From: Chitinivibrionales bacterium
Lineage (GTDB): Bacteria > Fibrobacterota > Chitinivibrionia > Chitinivibrionales > WJKA01
NCBI GenBank assembly: GCA_038247415.1
Contig: JBBRUX010000001.1
Span: 64,001 to 128,000 of the forward strand
DNA length: 64,000 nucleotides
Direction: 5' to 3'
Of the stretch, positions 35,501 through 44,443 are shown piece by piece (the stretch's first letter is position 1; each line of letters begins with the position of its first letter). The translations under genes were made by a program, and so were the position numbers. Under the pieces are notes generated by a model, which was given only the letters and a program-made list of their open reading frames with translations, did no database searches and was not told where the DNA came from.

Positions 35501-35957
35501 TGCTTTGCGATACGTCATCCCCAACAGTCAATCTTACAATACGATTAAAAAGGTCTTTTGAAGGAACTAATTTTTGGACAAGGGAAGCCACCGGTGCTAT
35601 ATATATTTTTTTTTCGTTGTTTAAAAGAGACGAAAAAACTGCAAATCGCGCCTCCGTAATGGGTCCAAAAACCGATTTCATCGAATACGGAATCGCATCA
35701 CGCGAAGGGATAACGGCTACGAGATCTGCTGCAACAAACGATCGACATTCATCGGCCAGAATTTCTGCACGGCGTGAAGAATCTACAATTACGAGAATCG
35801 GAGCTTCTAGTGAAGCAAAAAGATCGGCAATAAGATAGGCATCGCTTGCCCCTGCCATCCCACTAAAGAGTGCCTCGGAAGGTTTGATGATGCGATACGC
35901 ATCTAAATGAGGAAATCGTGATGGTCGCCAAGTGGTTGCAAGATGCGGAATGTTCAT
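32523..35957 (-). CDS. mfd: Transcription-repair coupling factor
   Basis: RGGIFDI, VVHVDHGI, CGDVGFGKTEVA, DEEQKFG, TATPIPRTL, QLRGRVGR, DLEIRGAGN. Confidence 0.97.
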   Translation of the reverse strand: MNIPHLATTWRPSRFPHLDAYRIIKPSEALFSGMAGASDAYLIADLFASLEAPILVIVDSSRRAEILADECRSFVAADLVAVIPSRDAIPYSMKSVFGPITEARFAVFSSLLNNEKKIYIAPVASLVQKLVPSKDLFNRIVRLTVGDDVSQSTLAAWLTEIGFRKESAVSDVGTFAIRGGIFDIYPLLSEGPLRIEFFGNTIESMREFDVFTQKSRSACTTFEVFPMHEFCFDDDAHDRALAAMVAANLGETEGYMRLLHQWKTVGDLDGAEWFLHWFAVPYATLFEYLPSTTTIVWDDVIPLGTRVGETKENYIRHCERVPPLFLPLVSPPQSLMVTANRIVDEMALFPCVYIDTALEVQPPHVFKCGFLPQPATPHNLELFVEELKKRHQEATAITIVAQNLGNAERLYEMISEECPFVSLALGYIHQGYVDTVNKQVVYTEGQIFERPHRAVRQKKRVSGGVPLAAFDAVSPGDFVVHVDHGIARFVGIETVCANDIAKDCMVLFFADSAKLFVPVDDFHKVQKYIGKEGTPPTLSKLGSGAWEKLKARTKESLHEMAQELIDLYAKRQHEKGIAFSIDTFWQKEFEDSFIYDETVDQLSAIKDVKKDMESLRPMDRLVCGDVGFGKTEVAMRAAFKAVMDGYQVAVLAPTTILANQHFETFKARMGNFPVRMGVLSRFQSSREVKQALAALAEGTLNILIGTHRILSADVAFKNIGLLVIDEEQKFGVAHKEKLKHFRSKIDVLSMTATPIPRTLNMSLMGVRDLSMITTPPRNRLPVETVVAEYSDEIIRNAIDHELSRGGQVFVVHNRIKNLELLRDRIEQLCPRARVFSAHGQMHEHELESVMSQFIAGNFDVLVSTVIIENGLDISNVNTIIVNRADALGLSQLYQLRGRVGRSSEQAQAYFLTTEFNRIDEKSLRRLRALEQFTELGSGFQIAMRDLEIRGAGNLLGIHQSGFVAAVGFDLYCKLLAEAVKEISGEKVAEPPQEVKVELPLQAILPPDYIADGAVRVGVYQDLSTAASLQDLVDIERSLIDRFGPLPHAVVSLLLHCRIKVLAAVTGFCTVSLSVMGECTLCSALEGDRVQALITSLLGLIDRPFSMINEIPLGIRFTCAEKEHFNRTIEVAQILAELHAKNPVT

Positions 35958-35984
35958 ACCATAATCTTTTCAGATAGGATTCTA

Positions 35985-36719
35985 TTAAATCAAAGAAATC
36001 AATTCGGAAAAATAGTCTATAGTAAAGGTCGGTTTGCAATTGAGATCCTCAAGCGTAGAATAACTCCATTGCACAAAACAGGTGTCGGTACCCGCAGCAT
36101 CACCACAATCGATATCAAAACTCGAATCTCCTATCATCAATGCATCGGATGGATTTATTCCCATTTTAGAAAGAGCTAATAAAGCAGGCTGGGGATCTGG
36201 CTTATGTCGCTCTGTGCATTCTGGCGTAACGACAACATCAAAAAATCCGGCGAGCCCTGTTTCTCCCAAATAAATATCCAAACTCTCGCGCCGCCGTGAA
36301 GTTACTATCCCTCTAGGTATCGAGGCATTCTTGAGTGCGCCCAATAATTCATGTGCATGCGGATAGACGCGCAAATACTGTTTATATACAGTAAGTTGAT
36401 AGCGCATATGTTCGTCCATAATGGTCTTGAGCTCGTGGGGTGATGCGTGAGGAAAGAAAAAAGCCATGCTCGCATAAAGCGGTTGCCCGACCTGCCCAAA
36501 AATTTCATCGCGCGTTGCATTTCCATATCCAAAATGAGCAAGCGTATACCGAAACGCTTCATGAATGAGCGAAATCGTATCGATGAGGGTGCCATCTACA
36601 TCAAAGAGAAATGCCTTGTATTTCTTTTGAACTGGTATCACAAAAAATTGCCTTTTACGTACACTACGAGCTCCCCGGTATACAAAAAAGACGGTGGCAT
36701 AGAATAGAACCAGTACCAC
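35985..36719 (-). CDS. HAD-IA family hydrolase (PpaX-like); true start probably downstream of 36719
   Basis: FDVDGTL, VTS, KPDP, IGDSSFDI. Confidence 0.85.
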   Translation of the reverse strand: MVLVLFYATVFFVYRGARSVRKRQFFVIPVQKKYKAFLFDVDGTLIDTISLIHEAFRYTLAHFGYGNATRDEIFGQVGQPLYASMAFFFPHASPHELKTIMDEHMRYQLTVYKQYLRVYPHAHELLGALKNASIPRGIVTSRRRESLDIYLGETGLAGFFDVVVTPECTERHKPDPQPALLALSKMGINPSDALMIGDSSFDIDCGDAAGTDTCFVQWSYSTLEDLNCKPTFTIDYFSELISLI

Positions 36720-36757
36720 CGTTTTACCGATACAACGTTATCTGTCAATACTACCGT

Positions 36758-38275
36758 TTAAACAGAAAAATGCTTCTTCAAGAATGCCAAATCGAGCTCT
36801 GGATATACCGGGAATGCATCGAGCAATTTTGCAACACGAGCCGATGCTTCGGTTTTTGCAGTGGGAGCAATCTGGTAATTTGCCTTGCTCGGTTTGCCCG
36901 CATTCTCTCCTTTAGTAATAATTTCGGGTGTTGTATTACCCAAAATAAGTTTAAGAATAGCAGCTATTTCCTTCATATGTACGCTACTCATACCAAGTGT
37001 TGTTGCCGCAGGGGTTCCGATACGCAAACCGCTTGTATACCAAGGGCCGTTTGGATCGTAGGGTAGGGAATTGCGATTGAGCGTGATTCCACATTCTCGC
37101 ACAGCACTCTCTGCCTGACGACCCGAAAGCCCAAACGGCCTCACATCGATAAGCATAAGATGGTTATCGGTACCACCGGTTGCAATTGTCAACCCTTCAG
37201 CAGTACACGCACAAGCAAGTGCGGAGGCATTGTCGACAATATTTTTTGCGTATGTTTTAAAATCGGGTTTGTTTGCCTCGGTAAACGCGATAGCTTTAGC
37301 TGCCATGACATGAGGCAGCGGTCCGCCGATGACCATGGGGCACCCTTTGTCTACAAATTCGGCGAATTCCTTGGTGCATAAAACCAATCCCCCACGAGGG
37401 CCTCGCAACGTTTTGTGGGTAGTAGACGTCACAACGTGAGCATGAAGTATGGGGTTATTGTCTCCAGTAAAGACACCGCCCGCAACGAGGCCGGCAAAAT
37501 GAGCCATATCAACCATGAATACCGCCCCGACATCATCGGCAATGGCGCGCATGGTTTTAAAATTTATTTTCCGCGGATAGGCACTATAACCCGCCAAAAG
37601 GATGAGTGGCTTAACTTCTTTAGCTTGCTTTGCGAGTGTATCGTAATCGATAAGCCCTGTTGCCTTATCGACACCATACGAATAAGCATCAAACATTTGT
37701 GCCGAAACATTGTGACGGTACCCGTGAGTCAAATGGCCACCCGAATAGTAATCGAGCCCTAAAAGTCGCTGATTGCCAACTTGTTGACGGATCGAATTCC
37801 ATTGATCTTGTGAGAGTTTAGATGGGTTTTCTTCCCCAAGGGCACCTAATGCAGGCGTTGTGACCCGTGCCGAAAGGATTGCCCAATAGGCAATAAGATT
37901 AGCATCGGCGCCACTGTGTGGTTGAACGTACGCGTGCTCTGCACCAAAAAGTTTTTTTGCTTCATCACAGGCCAATGCTTCTATGGTATCGATATTGCTG
38001 CACCCAGCGTAAAACCTATGCAGGGGAAACCCTTCTGCATATTTATCGGTAAGCAAATTACCCATGGCAAGCTGCGTTGACAGAGAGCAATAGTTCTCTG
38101 AGGCAATCAATTTGAGGTTTGATCGTTGATCTGATAGTTCCTGCACGATCGAGGCTGCGATAGCAGGGGATACTTTGGCGACTTCGGTTAAATTGGCAAT
38201 ATACCCAAGAAACGCAGAATCGATTGCAGATGCATCCCGTGATGAGACATACTCAAGAACCGGTGCATTGGACAT
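36758..38275 (-). CDS. glyA: Serine hydroxymethyltransferase (long form)
   Basis: LKLIASEN, DKYAEG, VQPHSG, GGHLTHG, TTHKTLRGPRGG, SGLRIGTPA; GGAGG RBS before ATG 38275. Confidence 0.96.
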   Translation of the reverse strand: MSNAPVLEYVSSRDASAIDSAFLGYIANLTEVAKVSPAIAASIVQELSDQRSNLKLIASENYCSLSTQLAMGNLLTDKYAEGFPLHRFYAGCSNIDTIEALACDEAKKLFGAEHAYVQPHSGADANLIAYWAILSARVTTPALGALGEENPSKLSQDQWNSIRQQVGNQRLLGLDYYSGGHLTHGYRHNVSAQMFDAYSYGVDKATGLIDYDTLAKQAKEVKPLILLAGYSAYPRKINFKTMRAIADDVGAVFMVDMAHFAGLVAGGVFTGDNNPILHAHVVTSTTHKTLRGPRGGLVLCTKEFAEFVDKGCPMVIGGPLPHVMAAKAIAFTEANKPDFKTYAKNIVDNASALACACTAEGLTIATGGTDNHLMLIDVRPFGLSGRQAESAVRECGITLNRNSLPYDPNGPWYTSGLRIGTPAATTLGMSSVHMKEIAAILKLILGNTTPEIITKGENAGKPSKANYQIAPTAKTEASARVAKLLDAFPVYPELDLAFLKKHFSV

Positions 38276-38309
38276 AGGAAACCTCCCTGGCACAATGATT
38301 GGTCCTCTC

Positions 38310-38419
38310 TCCCCAGGCGCGCGACAGATGAGGGATTTACTTCATGGCGGTTAGTTCCGCCACACCGTGCTTATAGTCAAACTACAAACTCAATGTTTGC
38401 GCCAGTCGTAACAATGAAG
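38310..38419 (-). promoter_or_regulatory. ZMP/ZTP (pfl) riboswitch
   Basis: Minus strand GACTGGCG ... GTGGCGG/CCGCCAT hairpin ... GTCGCGCGCCTGGG, the pfl-motif signature, in the glyA leader. Confidence 0.85.
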
Positions 38420-38566
38420 AATGTTTAAAATAAATTCATGATCACCTTTTGCGCTTATATTCCTGTGGTTTTTCCAATCAAGCTTTTTATAGCTCTTCGT
38501 GAGCTCACATTGCTCTTGAGGTTTGCAATGTAAGTTCCTTCTATGATGTATATTCTATGAATTCTT

Positions 38567-39277
38567 ATGAACATACCTCGTCATATCGGCATTATCATGG
38601 ATGGCAATGGGCGCTGGGCAAAAAAGCGCGGCATGCTTAGAAGCCTTGGTCACCGTGCAGGCACCGATGCAACCCGTGCAACAGTTAAAGCCTGCGGGGA
38701 ATTGGGTGTCGAATATCTTACGGTATATGTCTTCTCAAAAGAAAATTGGCAACGTCCACGGCTCGAAGTCGAATTATTAATGGATCTGCTGGTTGAAATG
38801 CTCCATCGGGAAATTGTTGACCTCAATAAAAACAATGTTCGACTGCATACCATTGGAGACATCACTCGGTTGCCCCAAAAATCTAGAGACGAACTGCTCC
38901 GCGGCATCGAAGCTACCAAAAGCAACACTGGTTTAAACCTCGTTCTTGCATTAAGCTATGGCGGAAGGGCTGAAATCGTTAATGCTGCACGCAACTTTGC
39001 AAAAGCAGCTCAATCCGATCCCTCGATCATCGACTCACTCGATGAATCAACCTTTTCCTCATATCTCTATACCAAAGATATTCCCGATCCAGAGCTGCTC
39101 ATTCGCACGGGCGGCGACAAGCGTATGAGCAATTTCTTGCTCTATCAATGCGCCTATACCGAGCTGTACATCACTGATGTTTTATGGCCCGATTTTAACA
39201 AAGAACATCTTGCTGCAGCCATCGAAGACTACTCAACCCGAGATCGTCGATTCGGCAAAGTCAAGGATTCTGCATGA
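38567..39277 (+). CDS. uppS: Undecaprenyl diphosphate synthase
   Basis: HIGIIMDGNGRWA, FSKENW, YGGR.EI, IRTGG..RMSNFLL. Confidence 0.96.
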   Translation: MNIPRHIGIIMDGNGRWAKKRGMLRSLGHRAGTDATRATVKACGELGVEYLTVYVFSKENWQRPRLEVELLMDLLVEMLHREIVDLNKNNVRLHTIGDITRLPQKSRDELLRGIEATKSNTGLNLVLALSYGGRAEIVNAARNFAKAAQSDPSIIDSLDESTFSSYLYTKDIPDPELLIRTGGDKRMSNFLLYQCAYTELYITDVLWPDFNKEHLAAAIEDYSTRDRRFGKVKDSA

Positions 39278-40188
39278 ATAAAGCCGAGCTCGGAAAAAGA
39301 CTTCTCTTTACCACCTGGGCGGCACCTTTAGGCTGGTGGTTTATTAATTCCCGCTTCAACCTGATTCCGCATGAATTCTCTGCCAACGTCTTGCACATGC
39401 CTGGTTTTTCCTTATTTCCCGGCCAAGTGCTTGCCATGACGCTTGCTTTTATGGCACTTTACGAATACAACGGCATGCTTGCTAAAACCGTGCCGCGCAA
39501 TGGATTTTGGATAGCTTTTATATGGATGGGTTTTCAATTTGTTACCCATTTTATAGCCGGCATCTCGTTTTCGATGAAGGTCGACCTCTATATATTGCTT
39601 CTCTTGGTTGCCTTTGAAGCTATTGTCTGGGGGCGGGAATCTTCTCGCTGGAAACGTGCAAGTTTGCTTTTTTCAGGAACAATATTCCTTACGCTTGCTG
39701 GGTTTTCTCTCTTGGCTTTTTACGAAGCCCCCTTTGAAATAATCTTCATATCGCCCTTTAAAACGAGCATGCTCTCGCAACTTGGGCTTGTTACTGTTTA
39801 CGGAGCAGTTGTTGCTTGTGATTCTGCGGCCTATTTTATCGGCAGCCTTATTGGCAAACACAAATTAACTTCTATTTCCCCTCGCAAAACCATCGAAGGC
39901 AGTATAGCTGGCCTTATTGCTGCAATGATCGTGGTTCTTGTCGGGTGGTATTTTCTTGCGTCGCCACGTTATCCGCTCTTTTTGGGAGCGCTGCTTGGGC
40001 TCCTTGTTGGTTTTTTTGCGCAAGCAGGAGATCTTCTCGTTTCAACAATAAAGCGTTACTTCCAGGTCAAAGATGCCTCAGATATAATTCCCGGACATGG
40101 TGGCGTACTCGACAGATTCGATTCGATATTTTTTGCAGCGCCCATTATTAATCTCTTTTGTATCCTGACCGTAAAATTCTTTTCGTGA
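39274..40188 (+). CDS. cdsA: Phosphatidate cytidylyltransferase
   Basis: D..AYF.G, ISPRKTIEG, GDLLVSTIKR...KD, PGHGGVLDRFDS. Confidence 0.94.
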   Translation: MNKAELGKRLLFTTWAAPLGWWFINSRFNLIPHEFSANVLHMPGFSLFPGQVLAMTLAFMALYEYNGMLAKTVPRNGFWIAFIWMGFQFVTHFIAGISFSMKVDLYILLLLVAFEAIVWGRESSRWKRASLLFSGTIFLTLAGFSLLAFYEAPFEIIFISPFKTSMLSQLGLVTVYGAVVACDSAAYFIGSLIGKHKLTSISPRKTIEGSIAGLIAAMIVVLVGWYFLASPRYPLFLGALLGLLVGFFAQAGDLLVSTIKRYFQVKDASDIIPGHGGVLDRFDSIFFAAPIINLFCILTVKFFS

Positions 40189-40197
40189 TGCGCTTCT

Positions 40198-41355
40198 ATG
40201 CATAATCAACACAAAAAAATTTGCCTCCTCGGATCAACTGGCTCTATTGGAACAAGTGCAATTGCGTGTATCAGACGCTTTCCCGACCTCTTCTCGCTTG
40301 CTGCGTTAGCTGCTCATAGCCGCGTTGACGAATGTATTGCCCAGGCAAAAGAGTTTGGTGTAACAAAGCTCTGTTTTGGCGATCCCCCAAGTGCGCACAA
40401 GGCTCGCACTATTCTTGGAGCTGAATACACCATTTTAGAAGGTGTGGCAGGCCTGGAACAACTCGCCGCAGAAACCGACTACGACATTCTTCTCAATTCG
40501 CTCGTTGGTGCAGTTGGTTTACGTCCCACAATTGCTGCTGCAAAACGGGGCAAACGAATAGCACTTGCTAATAAAGAAAGTCTTGTCATTGGTGGAGAGC
40601 TCATTACTTCGCTTGTGCGCACGCATAAAGCCGAACTTATTCCGGTAGATTCAGAACATAGTGCAATTTTTCAGTGTATGGCCGGAGAAGATGGCGAAAA
40701 CATAGAATCGATTGTTCTAACAGCTTCCGGCGGACCCTTTCGGGATACTCCCATCGAAAAGTTTGCCTCAATAACACGCGCCGATGCTCTTAACCATCCG
40801 ACCTGGAAAATGGGCAACAAGATAACTATCGATTCTGCAACGCTCATGAATAAAGGCTTTGAAGTTATTGAAGCGCACCATCTTTTTTGTTTACCTTACA
40901 AAAATTTGCGCGTCTGGATTCATCCTCAGTCGATCATTCATAGCCTTGTAGAATTTCATGATGGCGCAATGATTGCACAAATGGGAGTGCCCGATATGGA
41001 AATTCCCATACAGTATGCACTCACCTACCCCGATAGACGCCCATGCCCAACGCCACGGCTCAATTTGCCAAACCTCGTTCCCTTGACATTTGCCGATCCG
41101 GACTTTACCAGATTTCCCTGCCTCAAGCTTGCCCTGGAAGCGGGAGAGGCATCGGGCACTGCCCCAGTAGTTCTCAATGCCGCCAACGAAATTGCCGTTG
41201 AGCTCTTTTTGGCCGAAAAAATCTCCTTTCTTACAATTGCCGACGTTATCAAATTCTCGCTCGACAAAATTCCCGTTCTACCAATAACATCTCTTGAAGT
41301 TATCGAAGAGACTGATGCAAAAACAAGGGAATTGGTGCGAGCTACTTTCGGCTGA
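40198..41355 (+). CDS. dxr: 1-deoxy-D-xylulose 5-phosphate reductoisomerase
   Basis: LGSTGSIG, LANKESLV, PVDSEHSA, TASGGPF, HPTWKMG.KITIDSAT, NAANE. Confidence 0.97.
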   Translation: MHNQHKKICLLGSTGSIGTSAIACIRRFPDLFSLAALAAHSRVDECIAQAKEFGVTKLCFGDPPSAHKARTILGAEYTILEGVAGLEQLAAETDYDILLNSLVGAVGLRPTIAAAKRGKRIALANKESLVIGGELITSLVRTHKAELIPVDSEHSAIFQCMAGEDGENIESIVLTASGGPFRDTPIEKFASITRADALNHPTWKMGNKITIDSATLMNKGFEVIEAHHLFCLPYKNLRVWIHPQSIIHSLVEFHDGAMIAQMGVPDMEIPIQYALTYPDRRPCPTPRLNLPNLVPLTFADPDFTRFPCLKLALEAGEASGTAPVVLNAANEIAVELFLAEKISFLTIADVIKFSLDKIPVLPITSLEVIEETDAKTRELVRATFG

Positions 41356-41580
41356 AATAAAGAATAAAACTAAGTCTGAACACGATTTAATTGATTACAC
41401 GATAGACATGATTAAGAGTCTCCTCATGTTAATTTCCGAGCAATTTCATACATTTTAATCCTACGTTCAGGTGATGCGACTGTGCTGTGGGGGGGGGGAC
41501 CACTTTGTGCAAGATCTGTATTTGTCCAAATGCTTCTTTTACCGCGCACTCCATCACTTTTATTTCTTCATTTGTCAATT

Positions 41581-41847
41581 TTAAAAAAAGACTTTATCGC
41601 ATACTTCAAGAAAGTCAAGCTCCTCAACCAGCTCCTTGGAGATAGTCTCAGAAATAAATCCAACAAGAGCTTCCGCCTGTGCAGTCATATCGAGAAACCG
41701 ATACGAATGCCCTGTTTCATTCAAAACTTCTATTTCCCCCAAAGCGTCAAGGTAGTGCACAATCTCTTTTTGAAAGGTTATCGTCTGGCCGACATACTTC
41801 TGGAAATCTCTAAAGTCTTTGTCTGCAAATCGTGGATCTACAATCAT
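41581..41847 (-). CDS. Hypothetical protein, possibly frameshifted at the 3' T run
   Basis: 88-aa ORF; another frame continues LTNEEIKVMECAVKEAFGQ. Confidence 0.4.
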   Translation of the reverse strand: MIVDPRFADKDFRDFQKYVGQTITFQKEIVHYLDALGEIEVLNETGHSYRFLDMTAQAEALVGFISETISKELVEELDFLEVCDKVFF

Positions 41848-42055
41848 ATTTTATGGCAAATTCAAGGTGTTCAGACATTGGCCTTTAGCATAAATAATAT
41901 TCAAGTCCCGTCATCAAAATTGAGGGATAATTAAGGGATTAATTCAAAAAAAGTTAGAAAAAGTATATTAAAGTAACATATCACATTTATCGTATCGGTA
42001 CCCCAGATTGCAGGAAAATTGAAACTTCTTTTAAATACCTCCAGGAAAAAGTCTT

Positions 42056-42553
42056 ATGCCGCTCCTTCAATGTAAAGCCCAACTGAGTGCACTCGGATTC
42101 TGGGCTATCCTCAGACTGCCACAGAGCGTAAGCTCAAAGCTTCCATCACGAGGCATGGTGCTTGTTGAGGGAACCATGAATGATATTCCCTTTACAGCAG
42201 TACTCGATCCCGACGGAAAAGGGAGCCACTGGTTTGCGGTAGATAAATCTTTACTTAAAGCAACAAAAGCGCATACTCGCGACAGCGTCTCCATCACCCT
42301 TGAACCATCTGATTTGTGGCCAGAACCAACGGTGCCGCACGATTTACAGAAAGCACTTACAGCAGATCCCCACCCACACGAAGTGTGGAACGATATCACG
42401 CCAATGGCTCGCTGGGACTGGATCCGCTGGATTGGGTCAACCAAGCAGCTAGAAACCCGCAACAAGAGAATAGAAGTAGCATGCTATTTTCTTAACGATA
42501 CAGAAACCCTATTCCCGGGCACAGACCTGAAATTGGGGTATAAAACGGTGTAA
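42056..42553 (+). pseudogene. DUF1905 / YdeI-OmpD-associated protein, probably C-terminally truncated
   Basis: LPSRGMV.VEG, PDGKGSHW, WPEP.VP.DL, ITPMARWDWIRWI, TR.KRIEVAC, then apparently unrelated sequence. Confidence 0.65.
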
Positions 42554-42558
42554 GGAAT

Positions 42559-42777
42559 TTAGGAGGGGTCAGGAGATCTTAATTTGTCGCTTAATTCTTG
42601 ACGACGGGTAGGGATGGCAAAATAAGATTGAGCTTGTGCAATTTCCAGTTTCCGCGGGTCACCGTTTTGGGCAATTAACTAGCATGCGAATCGTGAAAGT
42701 TGAAAATCCGGTACTTCTCGTTTCCCTCCTTTGCCCAATTCGATCATCTTGCCGGCGCCGGCAAAATGATATCTCAT
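42559..42777 (-). pseudogene. dinD: DinD (DNA-damage-inducible protein D) fragment
   Basis: Manual translation HFAGAGKMIELGKGGKREVPDFQLSRFAC*LIAQNGDPRKLEIAQAQSYFAIPTRRQE; TAG at 42679-42681. Confidence 0.85.
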
Positions 42778-42907
42778 TCATTCCAGCCTCCATTGTAACG
42801 AAAATAGATCTGTAGACTTCGTTTTCAAATTCAATTTACTTTCAATATCCTGTATAAGTAAATCTCTTTATGGTCACTCATCCTGAGCCTCTTCGGAAGT
42901 CTCATCA

Positions 42908-43060
42908 AGCCCTGTGGGAACATGCCTTTTCCACGGGGTTAATACCCGTGACTACCTTGGCACTGTGCTCAATGTGCTTCCCGCAAGAATGTCAAACAAT
43001 ATCGATGACCTGCTCCCCTGGAATAAAATCAAACCGCAGGACAATACTCTCCCGCCTTAA
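42908..43060 (+). mobile_element. IS66 family TnpC transposase C-terminal remnant
   Basis: Manual translation SPVGTCLFHGVNTRDYLGTVLNVLPARMSNNIDDLLPWNK, matching the IS66 C-terminal pattern TC..GV.P..YL..VL...I..LLPW. Confidence 0.75.
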
Positions 43061-43161
43061 TAATATACCGCCTGCGCTTTGTAATAGCGATACGACGATG
43101 CACGTGGGGTTACGTTTATTTACCAAGGGTATATTTGTTGTATGTAAACAAATTGTAAATC

Positions 43162-43791
43162 TTAAATATTTGGTTTACAACCTAATTCTAATGCTTCCCG
43201 GAAATCATTGTTACCCCTCCCATTTAGCAAAAGGTATATAAAATCCTTTATCACCTGCCTGTTGTGTCCAAGCAAGCAGTGCTCATTATTATCATTGTCC
43301 TCATATTGATAATGCAGTATCCCCTTAAATATCAATTGTTTTTCCGCTGTCCATGCACCAGTGATTTGTTCTCTAATGTATGAAAATATAGGTCCGCCAG
43401 ACATTCCTCCTGCCGTAGGGGACTTTCCCCAATTGTTTGCTGTAATTTGCCAAATAGTATTCCAATCAATTGCGCAATCATCATCTCTAGCTCGAGAAGG
43501 TGTTTTTACATATTGAGCATAAATTGGGTTTGAAACAATGAAATGTTTTTGACGAGCATTTGTTTGTAGACGAGCTGGAAAACCAAAAATTATTGCTGTT
43601 TCTGCTGTAGTTCGATTTGTGATAGGAGCACAAATCGGCAGCTCAATTGGTTTAAGATTTTCAAGTCCCTCAACTACCGCTGGGCTTGGAATAATGAGCC
43701 CTAAATCAAGTTCTACAGGATCCCATGGGTCATTCCTCCAACTATTTGAAACTTTGTATAAAATTGAGGAATAGTCTCCTGTGCGCCATTC
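43162..43791 (-). pseudogene. Trypsin-like serine protease, N-terminus lost
   Basis: Open frame without start codon containing DLGLI, IFGFP and GMSGGP. Confidence 0.65.
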
Positions 43792-44443
43792 TTAGATTTT
43801 TGTCTTTCTGTTTTCGGCGGCGGCTACCGTCGCGTTGGAGATTCCAGCGCGTATGAAAGAGTTTCCAAGCAATCTGGAATGCGATAAAAGTCTTACCAGT
43901 GCCAGTGGCGAGTGTTAAGAGAACGCGTTGCTTTTCCTTTGCAATCGCATCCATTGTGTTATTAGCCGCGATTTCTTGATAATAGCGAGCGGTCTTTGTG
44001 CCGCCCACATCCTCGAATGGCACCGAATCAAATTTGTCTTTCCAATCGTTCTGGGCGGCAAAGGTCTTGCTCCAAAGCTCTACAGGTGATGGGAAGGAAG
44101 ATATTGTTCCTTCTTTTCCTGTCTTCATTGAGATTTCGTAAATGTCTTTGCCATTTGTTGCGTAGGTAAAATTTATGCAGAGTTTTTCGGCATATCTCTT
44201 AGCCTGTGCAACACCTTCGCCCACCTGTTCTTGGTCGCTCTTTGCCTCGATTACTGCTACTTTTATATTTTTGTAAACGAGAATATAATCGGCGATCATG
44301 GGCTTTGCGCGACCCCCGACGACTTGAATTTTTCCGGCGGTGATATGGTATTCGCGAAGGACTTTAGAGCCTTCGACAACACCCCAGCCGGAGGCTTTGA
44401 GCGCGGGGTCGATGTGTTCGGCGCGGGTTTCGGCTTCGTTCAT
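43742..44443 (-). pseudogene. hsdR: Type I restriction subunit HsdR (EcoEI/EcoAI-like), truncated
   Basis: MNEAETRAEHIDPAL, ADYIL, IEAK, QAKRY, RYYQ, LATGTGKT; homology ends at RWNLQRDGSRR (~43815). Confidence 0.88.

Noticed and set aside
38287..38301. Sigma-54-like CTGGCACAATGATTG on the plus strand
   Set aside because: The -12 element is poor, it is far from uppS, and it is better explained as the riboswitch expression platform on the opposite strand.
42870..43241. 123-aa ORF from the track as a real gene
   Set aside because: It is a shadow frame over the IS66 remnant and the opposite-strand protease end.
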